Shown: positions 27,540 to 37,287 of the stretch, one piece after another
How the letters are laid out: every line of letters begins with the position of its first letter
Numbering within the stretch: the stretch's first letter is position 1
Assembly: GCA_018714385.1 (NCBI GenBank)
Contig: DVNL01000014.1
Span: forward strand, 25,959 to 89,958
From: Candidatus Enterosoma merdigallinarum
GTDB taxonomy: Bacteria > Bacillota_I > Bacilli_A > RFN20 > CAG-288
DNA length: 64,000 nucleotides
Direction: 5' to 3'
Made by a program: the position numbers and the translations under genes
The notes under the pieces: generated by a model
Databases searched by the model: none
What the model was told of the DNA's origin: nothing
The model's input: the letters and a program-made list of their open reading frames with translations, nothing else

Positions 27540-28472
27540 CTAGTAATGAACCCTCTTCTTGGAGACCTGCATTTGAATCAGGGTGAAGGCGAAGATGATC
27601 AGGAACAGAATCACCGATCCTGCGGCGGCATATTCCAGATGCTGTCTTCCGCCGGTCATCTGGATCTGATCATAGATATAGTAGACGACAGTGTAGAGGT
27701 CATGGAGATTGCCGTCCGTCGTATAGGCTCTGTTAAAAAGACCGACGATGGCATTGTACTCCTTGAATCCCGATATGAAGGATGTGATCGAGACATAGAG
27801 CAACTGCGGGGAGATCAAGGGAAGGACGATCTTGAGGTCTGTCTTCCATTTCGGAGTCGAGTCGATTCTGGCAGCATCGTAATACTGTTGATCGACGCTT
27901 TGCAATCCGGATGCAAATATCAATATCTTGAAAGGCAGGGCGGTCCAAATGACATAGAGACAAATGACGAACATACTCTTCCCCCATGTCGTTCCAACGC
28001 CGATCCAATTGACATTTTCTAGCCAAAACAATGAGTTGAAAATTCCGGTGTTCGAAAAAATAAGGGCAAATACCATGCCGATGGCTATCGTATTAGTGAC
28101 ATAAGGCAGGAAGAAAATCGTCTGGAAGAAACTTCTTACCGCCTTGATTCGATTGAGTCCGATAGCAATCAGCAAAGCGATGACAACTGAAATTGGGACC
28201 GTCACGAACGTAATGAGAAGCGTATTGGGAAGAGCATAGCGGATGAACTCCGTCATGACAGAATTGGGATCTCCTTCGATTCTCTCTGTCAAGCCGAGAA
28301 CGATGCCGTAATTGTCGAAAGTGAACCCGTCATTCGCACCGGTGGCGTAGCTGTAATCCTTCAAAAAGGAGATGATAAAAGTGTTCACGATCGGAAAAAG
28401 GGTGAAGAGAGTAATCAAGATGAGAGCGGGGGCAAGGTAGAGCCACCCCTTCCAATTGTTCTTTCTTTCCAT
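27540..28472 (-). CDS. Carbohydrate ABC transporter permease (MalF/UgpA-type)
   Basis: EAA loop YYDAARIDSTPKWKTDLKIVLPLISP in a polytopic membrane protein. Confidence 0.85.
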   Translation of the reverse strand: MERKNNWKGWLYLAPALILITLFTLFPIVNTFIISFLKDYSYATGANDGFTFDNYGIVLGLTERIEGDPNSVMTEFIRYALPNTLLITFVTVPISVVIALLIAIGLNRIKAVRSFFQTIFFLPYVTNTIAIGMVFALIFSNTGIFNSLFWLENVNWIGVGTTWGKSMFVICLYVIWTALPFKILIFASGLQSVDQQYYDAARIDSTPKWKTDLKIVLPLISPQLLYVSITSFISGFKEYNAIVGLFNRAYTTDGNLHDLYTVVYYIYDQIQMTGGRQHLEYAAAGSVILFLIIFAFTLIQMQVSKKRVHY

Positions 28473-29975
28473 CTAGAAGCGGATCCTCTCCTTCGTCACG
28501 GCATCGAAAAGATACAGCTTGGAGGCACGGACGAGGAAAGTCTCTTTTCCAATTTCCGGTTTCGTTTCGGAGTCCATCGTGATCTTGAGCTGATCTCCGA
28601 CAAAGGCGGCATGGGACCCAATCAGCGAGACATCCTTGCCGTTGGCCTGAATGTTTTCGATATCCAAAGTCAATCGTCCCTCCATCGATTCGAGTCCGTC
28701 CAAAAGAATCTCGTGGAAAGAAGCGCCTTGTCTCTCGATCTCCCTAGGCAAAAGGAATCCCTCCGGTCGGATGCCGACGTAGACCTCTTTCTCCGGCAAG
28801 CCGGGGCAAGAAGAAACGCACTCCTCGCCGACATAGACCTTTCCTGCCTTGATGTGTCCTTTGAAGACATTGATCGGCGGGTTGCCGAGGAATTTGGCGA
28901 CGAACAAGTCGTTGGGGTCGTTGTAGACATCTTGCGGCCTGCCGACTTGCCGGCTTCTGCCGTCTTTCATGACGACGATTCTATCGCAGATAGACATCGC
29001 CTCGTCTTGGTCGTGCGTGACGAAAACGGTTGTGATGTTCGTTTCTTTTTGAATCCTGCGGATTTCCTCTCGGGTCTTCAGCCTCAGACGGGCATCGAGG
29101 TTGGAGAGAGGCTCGTCGAGGAGGAGGACCTTCGGTTTCTTGACCAGGGCTCTTGCGATGGCGACTCTCTGCTGCTGGCCGCCGGAAAGTTCTGCCGGCT
29201 TCCTGTCGAGATAGTCATCGATCTGGACGAGATGGGAGACCTCACGGACCAGACAATCGATCTCGTCTTTCGTCAGACGCCTCGTCTGCATGATCCGATT
29301 CCCCTGGTCGTCACAATAGCAGAAATCCTCGCCCATCTTTCTGCCTCGTCTTTCCGCTTCGTTTTTCGTCTTGGAAAGGAAGGCGTCGTATTTTTGCCTG
29401 GCTCTTTGAAGGATCTTTTCGTCATCTGCCCTTCCGATCGCCATGCCGATGGGGAACAGCTTCTTCGCCGTGAAAAGCGAAACATGGAACGCCTTTGCCA
29501 AATAACGAAGCGCAGAATCTTTCTTGATCTTGCCGTCGATCCGGCTTTCGAGAATCGCTTTCCGGATATCTTCCGGATTGTCTAAGATTTCCCGGATTTT
29601 CTTGGCCTCGACAGCTTTGGCATCCCTTTTCTCGATATAGATGCGAAGATTCGTCAAAGGAAAGGCGATGTTGCGATAGACGGTCATATGAGGATAAAGG
29701 GCATAGTTCTGGAAGACCAGTCCGATTCCTCGTTTTTCCGCCTCGAGATCGGTGACCTCCTCGTCATCGAACCAGATTTCGCCGGAGGTCGGAGCCTTCA
29801 GGCCGGCCAGCATATAGAGCGTGGTTGATTTGCCGCATCCGGACGGTCCGAGAAGTCCCAAAAGCTCGCCGTCTTGAATCTCCAGAGACAAAGAATCGAC
29901 GGCTTTCGTCTCCGCGATATCCTTTTTTTCGTCACTGGCATAAGTTTTTGTCAATTCGACAAGCTTGATTTTCAT
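28473..29975 (-). CDS. ABC transporter ATP-binding protein (MalK/UgpC-type) with an insertion of about 125 aa in the helical subdomain
   Basis: Walker A GPSGCGKST, Q-loop VFQNYALYPHMTV, signature LSGGQQQRVAIARAL, Walker B LLLDEPLSNLD and H-loop VTHDQ. Start set to ATG 29975 (MKIKLVELTK). Confidence 0.88.
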   Translation of the reverse strand: MKIKLVELTKTYASDEKKDIAETKAVDSLSLEIQDGELLGLLGPSGCGKSTTLYMLAGLKAPTSGEIWFDDEEVTDLEAEKRGIGLVFQNYALYPHMTVYRNIAFPLTNLRIYIEKRDAKAVEAKKIREILDNPEDIRKAILESRIDGKIKKDSALRYLAKAFHVSLFTAKKLFPIGMAIGRADDEKILQRARQKYDAFLSKTKNEAERRGRKMGEDFCYCDDQGNRIMQTRRLTKDEIDCLVREVSHLVQIDDYLDRKPAELSGGQQQRVAIARALVKKPKVLLLDEPLSNLDARLRLKTREEIRRIQKETNITTVFVTHDQDEAMSICDRIVVMKDGRSRQVGRPQDVYNDPNDLFVAKFLGNPPINVFKGHIKAGKVYVGEECVSSCPGLPEKEVYVGIRPEGFLLPREIERQGASFHEILLDGLESMEGRLTLDIENIQANGKDVSLIGSHAAFVGDQLKITMDSETKPEIGKETFLVRASKLYLFDAVTKERIRF

Positions 29976-30119
29976 AGCGGTTTCCTGCCTTTTCTGGGCA
30001 AATCCGGACTTACTCATTATAGTTTAATGCGCAAAGCCATTGAAAGAAGATATCTCGGGCACTACAATGTTTCCGCAAAGCAAAACAAGACAGAAAGGTC
30101 ATGAAGGAGGAAGCAGCCA

Positions 30120-30317
30120 GTGAGAGTGTCCGTGAGCAATTTCCGCAAGAACCTGAAGGAGTACCTGCGCATTGCCAACAATGAGCCCATTCAGGTCTAT
30201 AGCGGCAAGACACACATCGCCACCGTGTATGGAGAGAGAGCCGAAGATATGAAGAAACTCTCCGACATTCAGAGAAAACTGTTCTACAAGAAGACCGGCT
30301 ACAGCTGGGGATCCTGA
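30120..30317 (+). CDS. Phd/YefM-like antitoxin-domain protein (orphan)
   Basis: GTG start 9 nt after AAGGAGG. VSVSNFRKNLKEYLRIANNEPIQVYSGKTHIATVYG resembles the Phd/YefM N-terminal fold. No toxin ORF is adjacent. The 3' end overlaps the convergent RDD gene by 19 nt. Confidence 0.4.
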   Translation: MRVSVSNFRKNLKEYLRIANNEPIQVYSGKTHIATVYGERAEDMKKLSDIQRKLFYKKTGYSWGS

Positions 30318-31288
30318 TCAACCCCAGAGACGGGACGATACTTTTCATCCTCGAGGGTCAATCCCTCGTCTTTTTTTAGCGAAAGACGATACTCGGCGAC
30401 ATCCTTGAATATCGTGTTTTTATCCAAAACGATGACATAGGTGTTGAAAACATAATCGTGCAGGGACTGATGGCTTTTGGAAAGCGCCATCATGCCGATG
30501 GAAACGGCGAAAGGAATCAGGAAAGCGACGAGAGACAAGACGACCTCGACAAAGAAAAGGAAGAAGAACCTTCCGACAAGTTTTCCCGTGCGGACGGAAA
30601 GCCCGTCTGCCGAAATCAGGGCGATCCGGGTCAGCCTCATGCCGAAAGTCTGTCTCGTCCTCGAGAAGCAAAGAGGAACAATCAAGAAAAAAATCGGGAT
30701 GGGAAAAAGAAAGTTCCCGACGATGGAAAAAGTATAGATGAGGATCAGCTCCCGGCTGGCCGAAGAATACTGAGAGTTCTGGAAAAGGTATCCCAGGGCG
30801 ATGTCGAAACTTTCCGAGTAGAAGTCCAGATATGTCTGGTCGTAATCATCGTTGACAAGACGTCTCCTTCCCTCTTCAAAAAGCTTTTCTCCGTTTTCAA
30901 GCGCCGCCTTTTCCTTATATTCGAAGTAGATTTCCAATCCATCCTCTTCCGGAAAAAAGGAAGGCATCGCATAGAAAGCAACAAGGCGATCGTCCAGAAG
31001 CTGGGACTTCTCATCCACAGAAAGAGTTTCCTCCTCAAGCACTTCGTCCCGATAGCGGACCGGTTTGCTCTCTCCTTCCACATAAAGACCGGATTGCAAA
31101 GCCAAGGTATCTCGGATCGCAAAGCGGGATTCCACGACAGGGGACTTTTCCAAAAGGAAAAGAACGAGGGTCAAAAGGACAAAACCCAAGAAGAAAGAGC
31201 AGAAGGTATCGAAAAGAAGGCTAGAAAGTCTTTTTCCGTTTCCGGCCCTCTCATAATAAAGCTCGACAGTCTTTCTATCCTCTTTCAT
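30299..31288 (-). CDS. RDD-family membrane protein
   Basis: N-terminal GKRLSSLLFD, then a TM segment, an extracytoplasmic region of about 130 aa, further TM segments with TFGMRLTRIALISADG, and a C-terminal SLHDYVFNTYV. GGGAGGG RBS. Confidence 0.6.
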   Translation of the reverse strand: MKEDRKTVELYYERAGNGKRLSSLLFDTFCSFFLGFVLLTLVLFLLEKSPVVESRFAIRDTLALQSGLYVEGESKPVRYRDEVLEEETLSVDEKSQLLDDRLVAFYAMPSFFPEEDGLEIYFEYKEKAALENGEKLFEEGRRRLVNDDYDQTYLDFYSESFDIALGYLFQNSQYSSASRELILIYTFSIVGNFLFPIPIFFLIVPLCFSRTRQTFGMRLTRIALISADGLSVRTGKLVGRFFFLFFVEVVLSLVAFLIPFAVSIGMMALSKSHQSLHDYVFNTYVIVLDKNTIFKDVAEYRLSLKKDEGLTLEDEKYRPVSGVDQDPQL

Positions 31289-32450
31289 AAACGCCCTCCC
31301 TGGCCTTGAATTCCTTGCCGTCCCGAACGACGATCAAAGAAAGAAGCTCAACCAGAGTCTGGTGGACACCCTTTCTTGTCCAGAGATCGAATAGGGAGGA
31401 GAGAACAAGAAAGACTATACCGAAGACCATGCCGACGAAGAGATTGAAGAATCCCAAGATGTTGATGTCCATGAAATAGATGCCTTCCCCTCCGAAAAAG
31501 AGAAGGGCAAGAAAGAAAGGAAGGAACATGTTCTCCAAAAGGGCAAAGACGTTGCGCAGGAGATGATTCCCGATTCCAGGGACTCGTCCCTCCAGATCCG
31601 TCACACCGATATCCAGGATACGGTAGGATATCGTCTTGCCGTCATGGAAAAGGAGAGGGAAAAGAAGATAGACAAGGAGAACGGAGACGACATAGGAGAC
31701 AAGAATGGCTATTCCCCGCATCTCCAAAAGAGAATCCCGGCAGGAGACAAAGGCAGCATATTCCGAGAGATACGGAAGATAATTTTCCTCCAAATCCGCC
31801 CGCGCCTTTCGATTCCCGTCGGAATAAAGCTTGATGACATCCTCGTATATCTTTTCTCCCTCCGCAGAGGCAGAAAGATAATACTGGTCGATAGCAAGAG
31901 CGGAAGAGGCAGTCAAACGAGGATAATCTTCCCAACAATCGAAATAAAGAAGGCCTTTCTCTCCGAGGATTTCCCGATGATAGTATTCAATGCCGGTATT
32001 ATTTCTGCTTTCTTCGTTAAATAGGAGATTGTTTGTCGTTTTAAACTCAGTGAAATAGTAAAAAATACCATCCGTTTCTTCTGTTATCGGTTCAACTCCA
32101 TCATAGATTTTCTTGCTGATTTCCGCCTCCGGCTTAACTTCCATCAATGTCGCAAGAACACTGGCTTTGAGATATTTTTCGGCACAGGCTTCCGGTGTGG
32201 AAAGCCTTCCCCCATCATACTCGCTCAGCTTGGACGCCGCGACGATGCCATAGAGGTTTTCTTGTCGCTTTCCCGCTTCATTCTGAATGGTCTTGTAGCT
32301 TGGCATGACGGATAAGATGGCATCGGAAGCCGAGAAAAGAACGGCAGAAAAAATAAACAAGATCAGGATGTCCAAAAAAGAGGCCAGAGCCTTCCTCGGC
32401 CTTTTGAGCAAGACGGCGTCTTGATAACGGCTGCTTTCCTTTTCTTTCAC
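31275..32450 (-). CDS. RDD-family membrane protein (paralogue with a larger loop domain)
   Basis: RKALASFLDILILFIF..., then GKTISYRILDIGVTDLEG and HQTLVELLSLIVV. Proposed GTG start at 32450 forms a GTGA overlap with the upstream stop. The first 37 codons of the track ORF are discounted. Confidence 0.55.
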   Translation of the reverse strand: MKEKESSRYQDAVLLKRPRKALASFLDILILFIFSAVLFSASDAILSVMPSYKTIQNEAGKRQENLYGIVAASKLSEYDGGRLSTPEACAEKYLKASVLATLMEVKPEAEISKKIYDGVEPITEETDGIFYYFTEFKTTNNLLFNEESRNNTGIEYYHREILGEKGLLYFDCWEDYPRLTASSALAIDQYYLSASAEGEKIYEDVIKLYSDGNRKARADLEENYLPYLSEYAAFVSCRDSLLEMRGIAILVSYVVSVLLVYLLFPLLFHDGKTISYRILDIGVTDLEGRVPGIGNHLLRNVFALLENMFLPFFLALLFFGGEGIYFMDINILGFFNLFVGMVFGIVFLVLSSLFDLWTRKGVHQTLVELLSLIVVRDGKEFKAREGVYERG

Positions 32451-32866
32451 TTCCTGTTCCTGAGCAAAGTCCGGAAATAGCGCATGCGGCGAACGGCCGG
32501 GATCATCTTGATGCATGCCAGGACAAGAAAGACGGCAAAGCCTGCAAGGGTGAGGCAGCAAAAAACGAATTCCGCCGAAAGCGGCGTGAATACCCTCTGT
32601 CTGAGGACGTTATAGCGGAAGCTCAAAAGAAAGAAGACAAGCCCCAGAACCAAAAGGATGGCGGCGATGACGTAAAAACTGAGCGCCTGGTTCTTTCTCT
32701 CCCGGCAACGGTTCATCTCGGTATAGCAATGCCTCTTGAAATCATGGATTTCCATGCTGGAGACCCGTTCTTCCGAATTGTCGGCTCCGCAATGAGGGCA
32801 GACATCCCCGGCCTTCAACCGATGGCCACAGTCCAGACAATATTTATCTTTCATAAGCGAGTCCAT
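32447..32866 (-). CDS. Zinc-ribbon membrane protein
   Basis: CLDCGHRLKAGDVCPHCG (CxxC...CxxC) followed by two TM helices. The real start may be ATG 32854 (MKDKYC), because the sequence around 32866 looks like a -10 box. Confidence 0.6.
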   Translation of the reverse strand: MDSLMKDKYCLDCGHRLKAGDVCPHCGADNSEERVSSMEIHDFKRHCYTEMNRCRERKNQALSFYVIAAILLVLGLVFFLLSFRYNVLRQRVFTPLSAEFVFCCLTLAGFAVFLVLACIKMIPAVRRMRYFRTLLRNRK

Positions 32867-32904
32867 TCTAGCAGAAACGGAGAAAAAGAGAGACGTTCCT
32901 CTTA

Positions 32905-32913
32905 TGGTAGAAT
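32905..32913 (+). promoter_or_regulatory. Extended -10 element upstream of the S41 peptidase gene
   Basis: TGGTAGAAT lies 31 nt upstream of the ATG. The RBS GAAGGAGG follows. Confidence 0.35.
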
Positions 32914-32943
32914 AAGGTTTATCGCTCGAAGGAGGCTCTCATC

Positions 32944-34464
32944 ATGGACAAGGGAAAAGAAAGTTCGAAAGAAATCCGTTCCAGGATTCTTTCCGTCTCC
33001 GCCATCGTCGGAATCATCGCCCTCGTCGCCGGCGGAATAGGCGGATTCCTGATCCACCGTGGCATCAACGGCCTTGATCCGGATGAGCAGAAACTCGTCG
33101 ATGAATACAGGACATTGAAGGACGAGTGGCTCTTCGGGAACGAAGAAGAATTCCTCGCCGATTATGCCCTTTCCGGTCTAGCCTCCGGCGTTGCCTCCCA
33201 AGAAGGGGATGACTTCACGTTCTATACGCCGACCATGGAAGATCAGAATCTATCCGTCGATCACAGCGGCTTCGGTTTTTCTTCCCGCAGCTATGACGGC
33301 GGACTCTATCTCACCGAGGTCCACGAAGGCAGCGCAAAGAAAGCCGGTCTACGAAAAGGGGATGTCCTCTATGGCGTCACGCGAGGAGAGGAACCCTTCT
33401 ACGACTTCACCATTCACTCTCACTCCGATGTCACGGCCTACATCGGCTCGGAAGATCATGCCAAAGAAGACTTCTGCTTCCTCGTGGAAAGAGACTCGAA
33501 GCGGTTCGATGTCACAATCCAAAGGAGTTCCTTCAGCGAAAACATGATCGAAACGATCGAAACGCCATCGGCAGAAAACGGATATACCTTGACTTTGCGA
33601 ATCCCGACATTCCTTGGAAATCCATCGCAAGTCCTGGAAAGCACCCTGAAGGAGCAGACAGGAAAAAGCCGGATCGACCGTCTCGTCCTCGATACGAGAG
33701 GAAACGGAGGAGGCTATGTCAGCGAGTGCGAAAAAATGGCAAAGCTCTTCGTCCGGAAGGGCTCCCTGATATATCAGATGCGAGACAAAAACGACAAAAT
33801 CATCCAGGAAAAATACCAGACATCGGACCCCAAATATCCGTTCGATTCCTATGCAATCCTTCTGGACGGCAATTCCGCCTCGGCAACAGAGACGTTTGCG
33901 ATGGCGATGCGGGCAGGAACAGATGACTGCCTGATCTATGGTTTGCCTTCCTATGGAAAGGGAATCGCACAGGGCTTTCACGAATTCGCCGATGGTTCCA
34001 TCCTCCGCTATACCTATGCCTACGTCTACAGCCCCGAAAAGGAAAACGAAACCATGTATGGGGAAGGGGAAGATGAAGACAAAGTCATGTGTATCCATGG
34101 GAAAGGCATCGTCCCCGATGTTTCCTTCGACTATGACTATCTGTGGCTAAGTTCTCTCCCCTCCATCACCGACAGCATCGCCGTCGGAGAAAAAAGCCAA
34201 CGATACGTTTTGGATCTTTTAAACCTTGTCGATGCCGAAAAAGATTCACTTTATACATACAATTCTGATTATCATTTTACGGATGCCATAACCGATTTTG
34301 CGAATATTGAATATGAAAAGTATCAAGAGTCTTCTCTTTTGACACCCTTCAATGACAATGGAACGGTCTCTTTACCTGTCTTCAACAAAATCGCCAAAGA
34401 AAGTTACGATTTCTATCTGCAATATGCCGAAAGACTGCTGGAGGAAACGATCGATGACAGATAA
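32944..34464 (+). CDS. S41-family C-terminal processing peptidase with N-terminal membrane anchor and PDZ domain
   Basis: TM anchor ILSVSAIVGIIALVAGGIGGFLI, PDZ-like GGLYLTEVHEGSAKKAGLRKGDVLYGV, and S41 motifs LVLDTRGNGGGY and LLDGNSASATE. Confidence 0.8.
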   Translation: MDKGKESSKEIRSRILSVSAIVGIIALVAGGIGGFLIHRGINGLDPDEQKLVDEYRTLKDEWLFGNEEEFLADYALSGLASGVASQEGDDFTFYTPTMEDQNLSVDHSGFGFSSRSYDGGLYLTEVHEGSAKKAGLRKGDVLYGVTRGEEPFYDFTIHSHSDVTAYIGSEDHAKEDFCFLVERDSKRFDVTIQRSSFSENMIETIETPSAENGYTLTLRIPTFLGNPSQVLESTLKEQTGKSRIDRLVLDTRGNGGGYVSECEKMAKLFVRKGSLIYQMRDKNDKIIQEKYQTSDPKYPFDSYAILLDGNSASATETFAMAMRAGTDDCLIYGLPSYGKGIAQGFHEFADGSILRYTYAYVYSPEKENETMYGEGEDEDKVMCIHGKGIVPDVSFDYDYLWLSSLPSITDSIAVGEKSQRYVLDLLNLVDAEKDSLYTYNSDYHFTDAITDFANIEYEKYQESSLLTPFNDNGTVSLPVFNKIAKESYDFYLQYAERLLEETIDDR

Positions 34465-36436
34465 GGATCATCCTTTCGAACTCGTATCGCCTTATCGCCC
34501 GACTGGCGATCAGCCCAAAGCGATCGAAAAACTCTGCCAGGGACTCGACGAAAACAAACGCTGGCAAGTCCTTTTAGGTGCCACCGGAACGGGAAAGACC
34601 TTCACCATGGCCAACATCATCGCCCATGCCCAAAGGACGACGATGGTCCTCGTCCACAACAAGACGCTCGCCGCTCAGCTCTACGGAGAATTCAAAGAGC
34701 TCTTCCCTCACAACCGAGTCGAATATTTCATTTCAAACTTCGACTTCTACCAACCGGAAGCTTACATCCCGAAAACGGACACCTATATCGACAAGCAGGT
34801 CGTCATGAACGACGAAATCGAAATGATGCGTGCCAGCGCCGTCAATTCCCTTCTGGAAAGACGGGACACGATCGTCGTCTGCTCCGTCGCCTCGATTTAT
34901 GGCCTTTCCGATCCTGACGAGTATCGCGATCTGGCCTTCACCCTCCATGTCGGCGAGCCTTTCAATCCTCAGGACATTGCCAAAAAGCTGGTTCTATCCC
35001 AATACAAGAGAAACGATATCGACTTGACCCCGGGGTGTTTTCGCATCCGCGGAGAGGTGATGGACATCTATCCGCCCTCTGCGGAAAACTTCTTTATCCG
35101 CATCTTTTCGGACTTCGACGAGATCGCCGAAATCGATCAGATCAATCCGGTGACGGGAGAAGTCCTTCATACCGTCGACTATTTCCCGATTTTCCCGGCC
35201 CATGAACACGCTTCCGGAACCGCACGCATAAAAAAGGCCTGCAAAACGATACGGGAAGAACTTGTCGACCGTCTCAAATTCTTCGACGAGCAGGGAAAAT
35301 ATCTGGAATCGGAACGCCTCAAAATGCGAACCGAACACGATCTGGATTCCCTCGAGGAATTCGGGATGTGCCCGGGAATCGAAAATTACGCCCGTCATTT
35401 CGACGGCAGGAAAGAAGGGGAAACCCCCTATACCCTCTTCGACTATTTCCCGAAGGATTTCCTTCTCTTCATCGATGAAAGCCATGTCACCATCCCCCAA
35501 GTCGGTGGCATGTACAACGGCGACCGCTCCCGCAAACAGACTCTCGTGGAATACGGCTTCCGGCTTCCCTCGGCCCTGGACAACAGGCCTTTGCGTTTCG
35601 AGGAGTTCGAAAGGAAGATAAACAATGTCATCTGCACCTCCGCGACTCCTGGAGACTATGAGCTAGGCCAGACGAAAGGGGAGATCGTCGAGCAGATCAT
35701 CCGTCCTACAGGACTTCTCGACCCACTGATCGAAGTCCGCTACAACACCAACAACCCGATCTACGACCTCATGGAGGAAATCAAGAAGCGCATCGAGAAG
35801 GACGAAAGGGTCCTGGTCGTCACTTTGACCGTCAAGGATGCCGAAAACCTGACGGACTTCCTCAAGGAACGGGATTTCAAAGTCGCCTATCTCCAGCACG
35901 AAATCCTGACGCTCCAAAGAAGCGAGATCATCTACAAACTGAGAAAAGGCATCTATCAGGTCCTCGTCGGAATCAATCTTCTGAGGGAGGGATTGGACAT
36001 TCCGGAAGTTTCCCTCATTGCCATTCTGGATGCGGATAGAGAGGGATTCTTGCGTTCGACGAGATCCCTGACGCAGATCGTCGGCCGTGCCGCCAGAAAC
36101 AGCAACGGCCATGTCATCATGTATTGCGACACCATTTCCGATGCCATGGCGGAAACGATCAAGGAAACGAAGAGAAGGCGTGAAATCCAAGAAAAATACA
36201 ATGCCGAGAACGGCATCGCTCCCAAGACCATCGTCAAGCCCATCCAATCTCCGATCAAGATGATCGATGACGAAAGCAAGGTCAAGAAGAGAAAGGAAGG
36301 CAAGCTCTCCAGGAAGGAAACGGAACTGCTGATCAAGCAGCTGACAAAGGAAATGAACCAGGCGGCGAAGGATCTCGACTTTGAAAAGGCCGCCCAACTT
36401 CGCGACCAGATATTGGAATTGAAGGCGACGATTTAA
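34454..36436 (+). CDS. uvrB: Excinuclease ABC subunit B
   Basis: Motifs [31 protein letters not shown], DESH and [29 protein letters not shown]-like, with a C-terminal UVR motif [11 protein letters not shown]. Start set to ATG 34454 after GGAGGAAAC. Confidence 0.95.
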   Translation: [660 protein letters not shown]

Positions 36437-36462
36437 ATTCCTTTTTGCCTTTTGGAAGTTGA

Positions 36463-37287
36463 CTATTCGTTTTCTTCCGTGAATTTCAATATTTCTTCTG
36501 CCAACGATGATAATTCTTCGGTTTTCAATTGTCTGGCTCTTTTTGCCAACCTTTCCTCCCCCTTTTCTTTCATCTTTTCGAGAGCCGGGAGATACTTGTC
36601 GAACTGCCTGAGACAATTTGAAATGGTCTTGTTGGGATCTTTGAAAAGAGCTTTGAAGATCGGATAAAGCGAAAAGGAAACGGGATGAGTCCTATCGATC
36701 CGCAAAAAGGCGGAATCCACCTTCGGCGACGGATCGAAGGCCGAACGGTCGACATAGCTGACAAGACTGAGATCCCCGCTTGCGGCGATGAAGGCTCCCA
36801 AAGGCGTGTTGTCCTTCTTGCCAGGTCTGTAGTCCAGCTTTTCATAGACTTCCTTCTGCACCATGAAGCCGGCGGAGCGGAATCCTTTCTCCAGCATGTA
36901 CTCCAAAAGCCGAGAGGTGATGTTGTAGGGAAGATTTCCGATGAACAGCCTCTCCTCCTTGCGGCTGACCGAATCCGGATCGAAACGCAGAAAATCCGAT
37001 TGGACGACCGTCACTTTTTCCTGGCCGGCGAAAAGATCCCGAAGAACCTTGACCATGTCCCTGTCGGCATCGACGAGATAGATTCTCTTCGCCTCTTTGG
37101 AAAGGGGGAGGGACAAAGCACCGAGGCCTGGGCCGATCTCAATGACGGTTTCGTATTCGGAGACAGCCATGTTCTTGACGATTCTACGGATGATGCCGTC
37201 ATCCACCAGGAAGTTCTGTCCAAAGGATTTCTTCGCCGTGAATCCGTATTCCTTCAAAAGCGTCTTGGTTCTTTCTCTTTCAATCAT
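36463..37287 (-). CDS. rsmA: 16S rRNA (adenine1518/1519-N6)-dimethyltransferase
   Basis: Motifs KKSFGQNFLVDDGIIRRIV, VIEIGPGLGALS and IGNLPYNITS. Confidence 0.92.
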   Translation of the reverse strand: MIERERTKTLLKEYGFTAKKSFGQNFLVDDGIIRRIVKNMAVSEYETVIEIGPGLGALSLPLSKEAKRIYLVDADRDMVKVLRDLFAGQEKVTVVQSDFLRFDPDSVSRKEERLFIGNLPYNITSRLLEYMLEKGFRSAGFMVQKEVYEKLDYRPGKKDNTPLGAFIAASGDLSLVSYVDRSAFDPSPKVDSAFLRIDRTHPVSFSLYPIFKALFKDPNKTISNCLRQFDKYLPALEKMKEKGEERLAKRARQLKTEELSSLAEEILKFTEENE

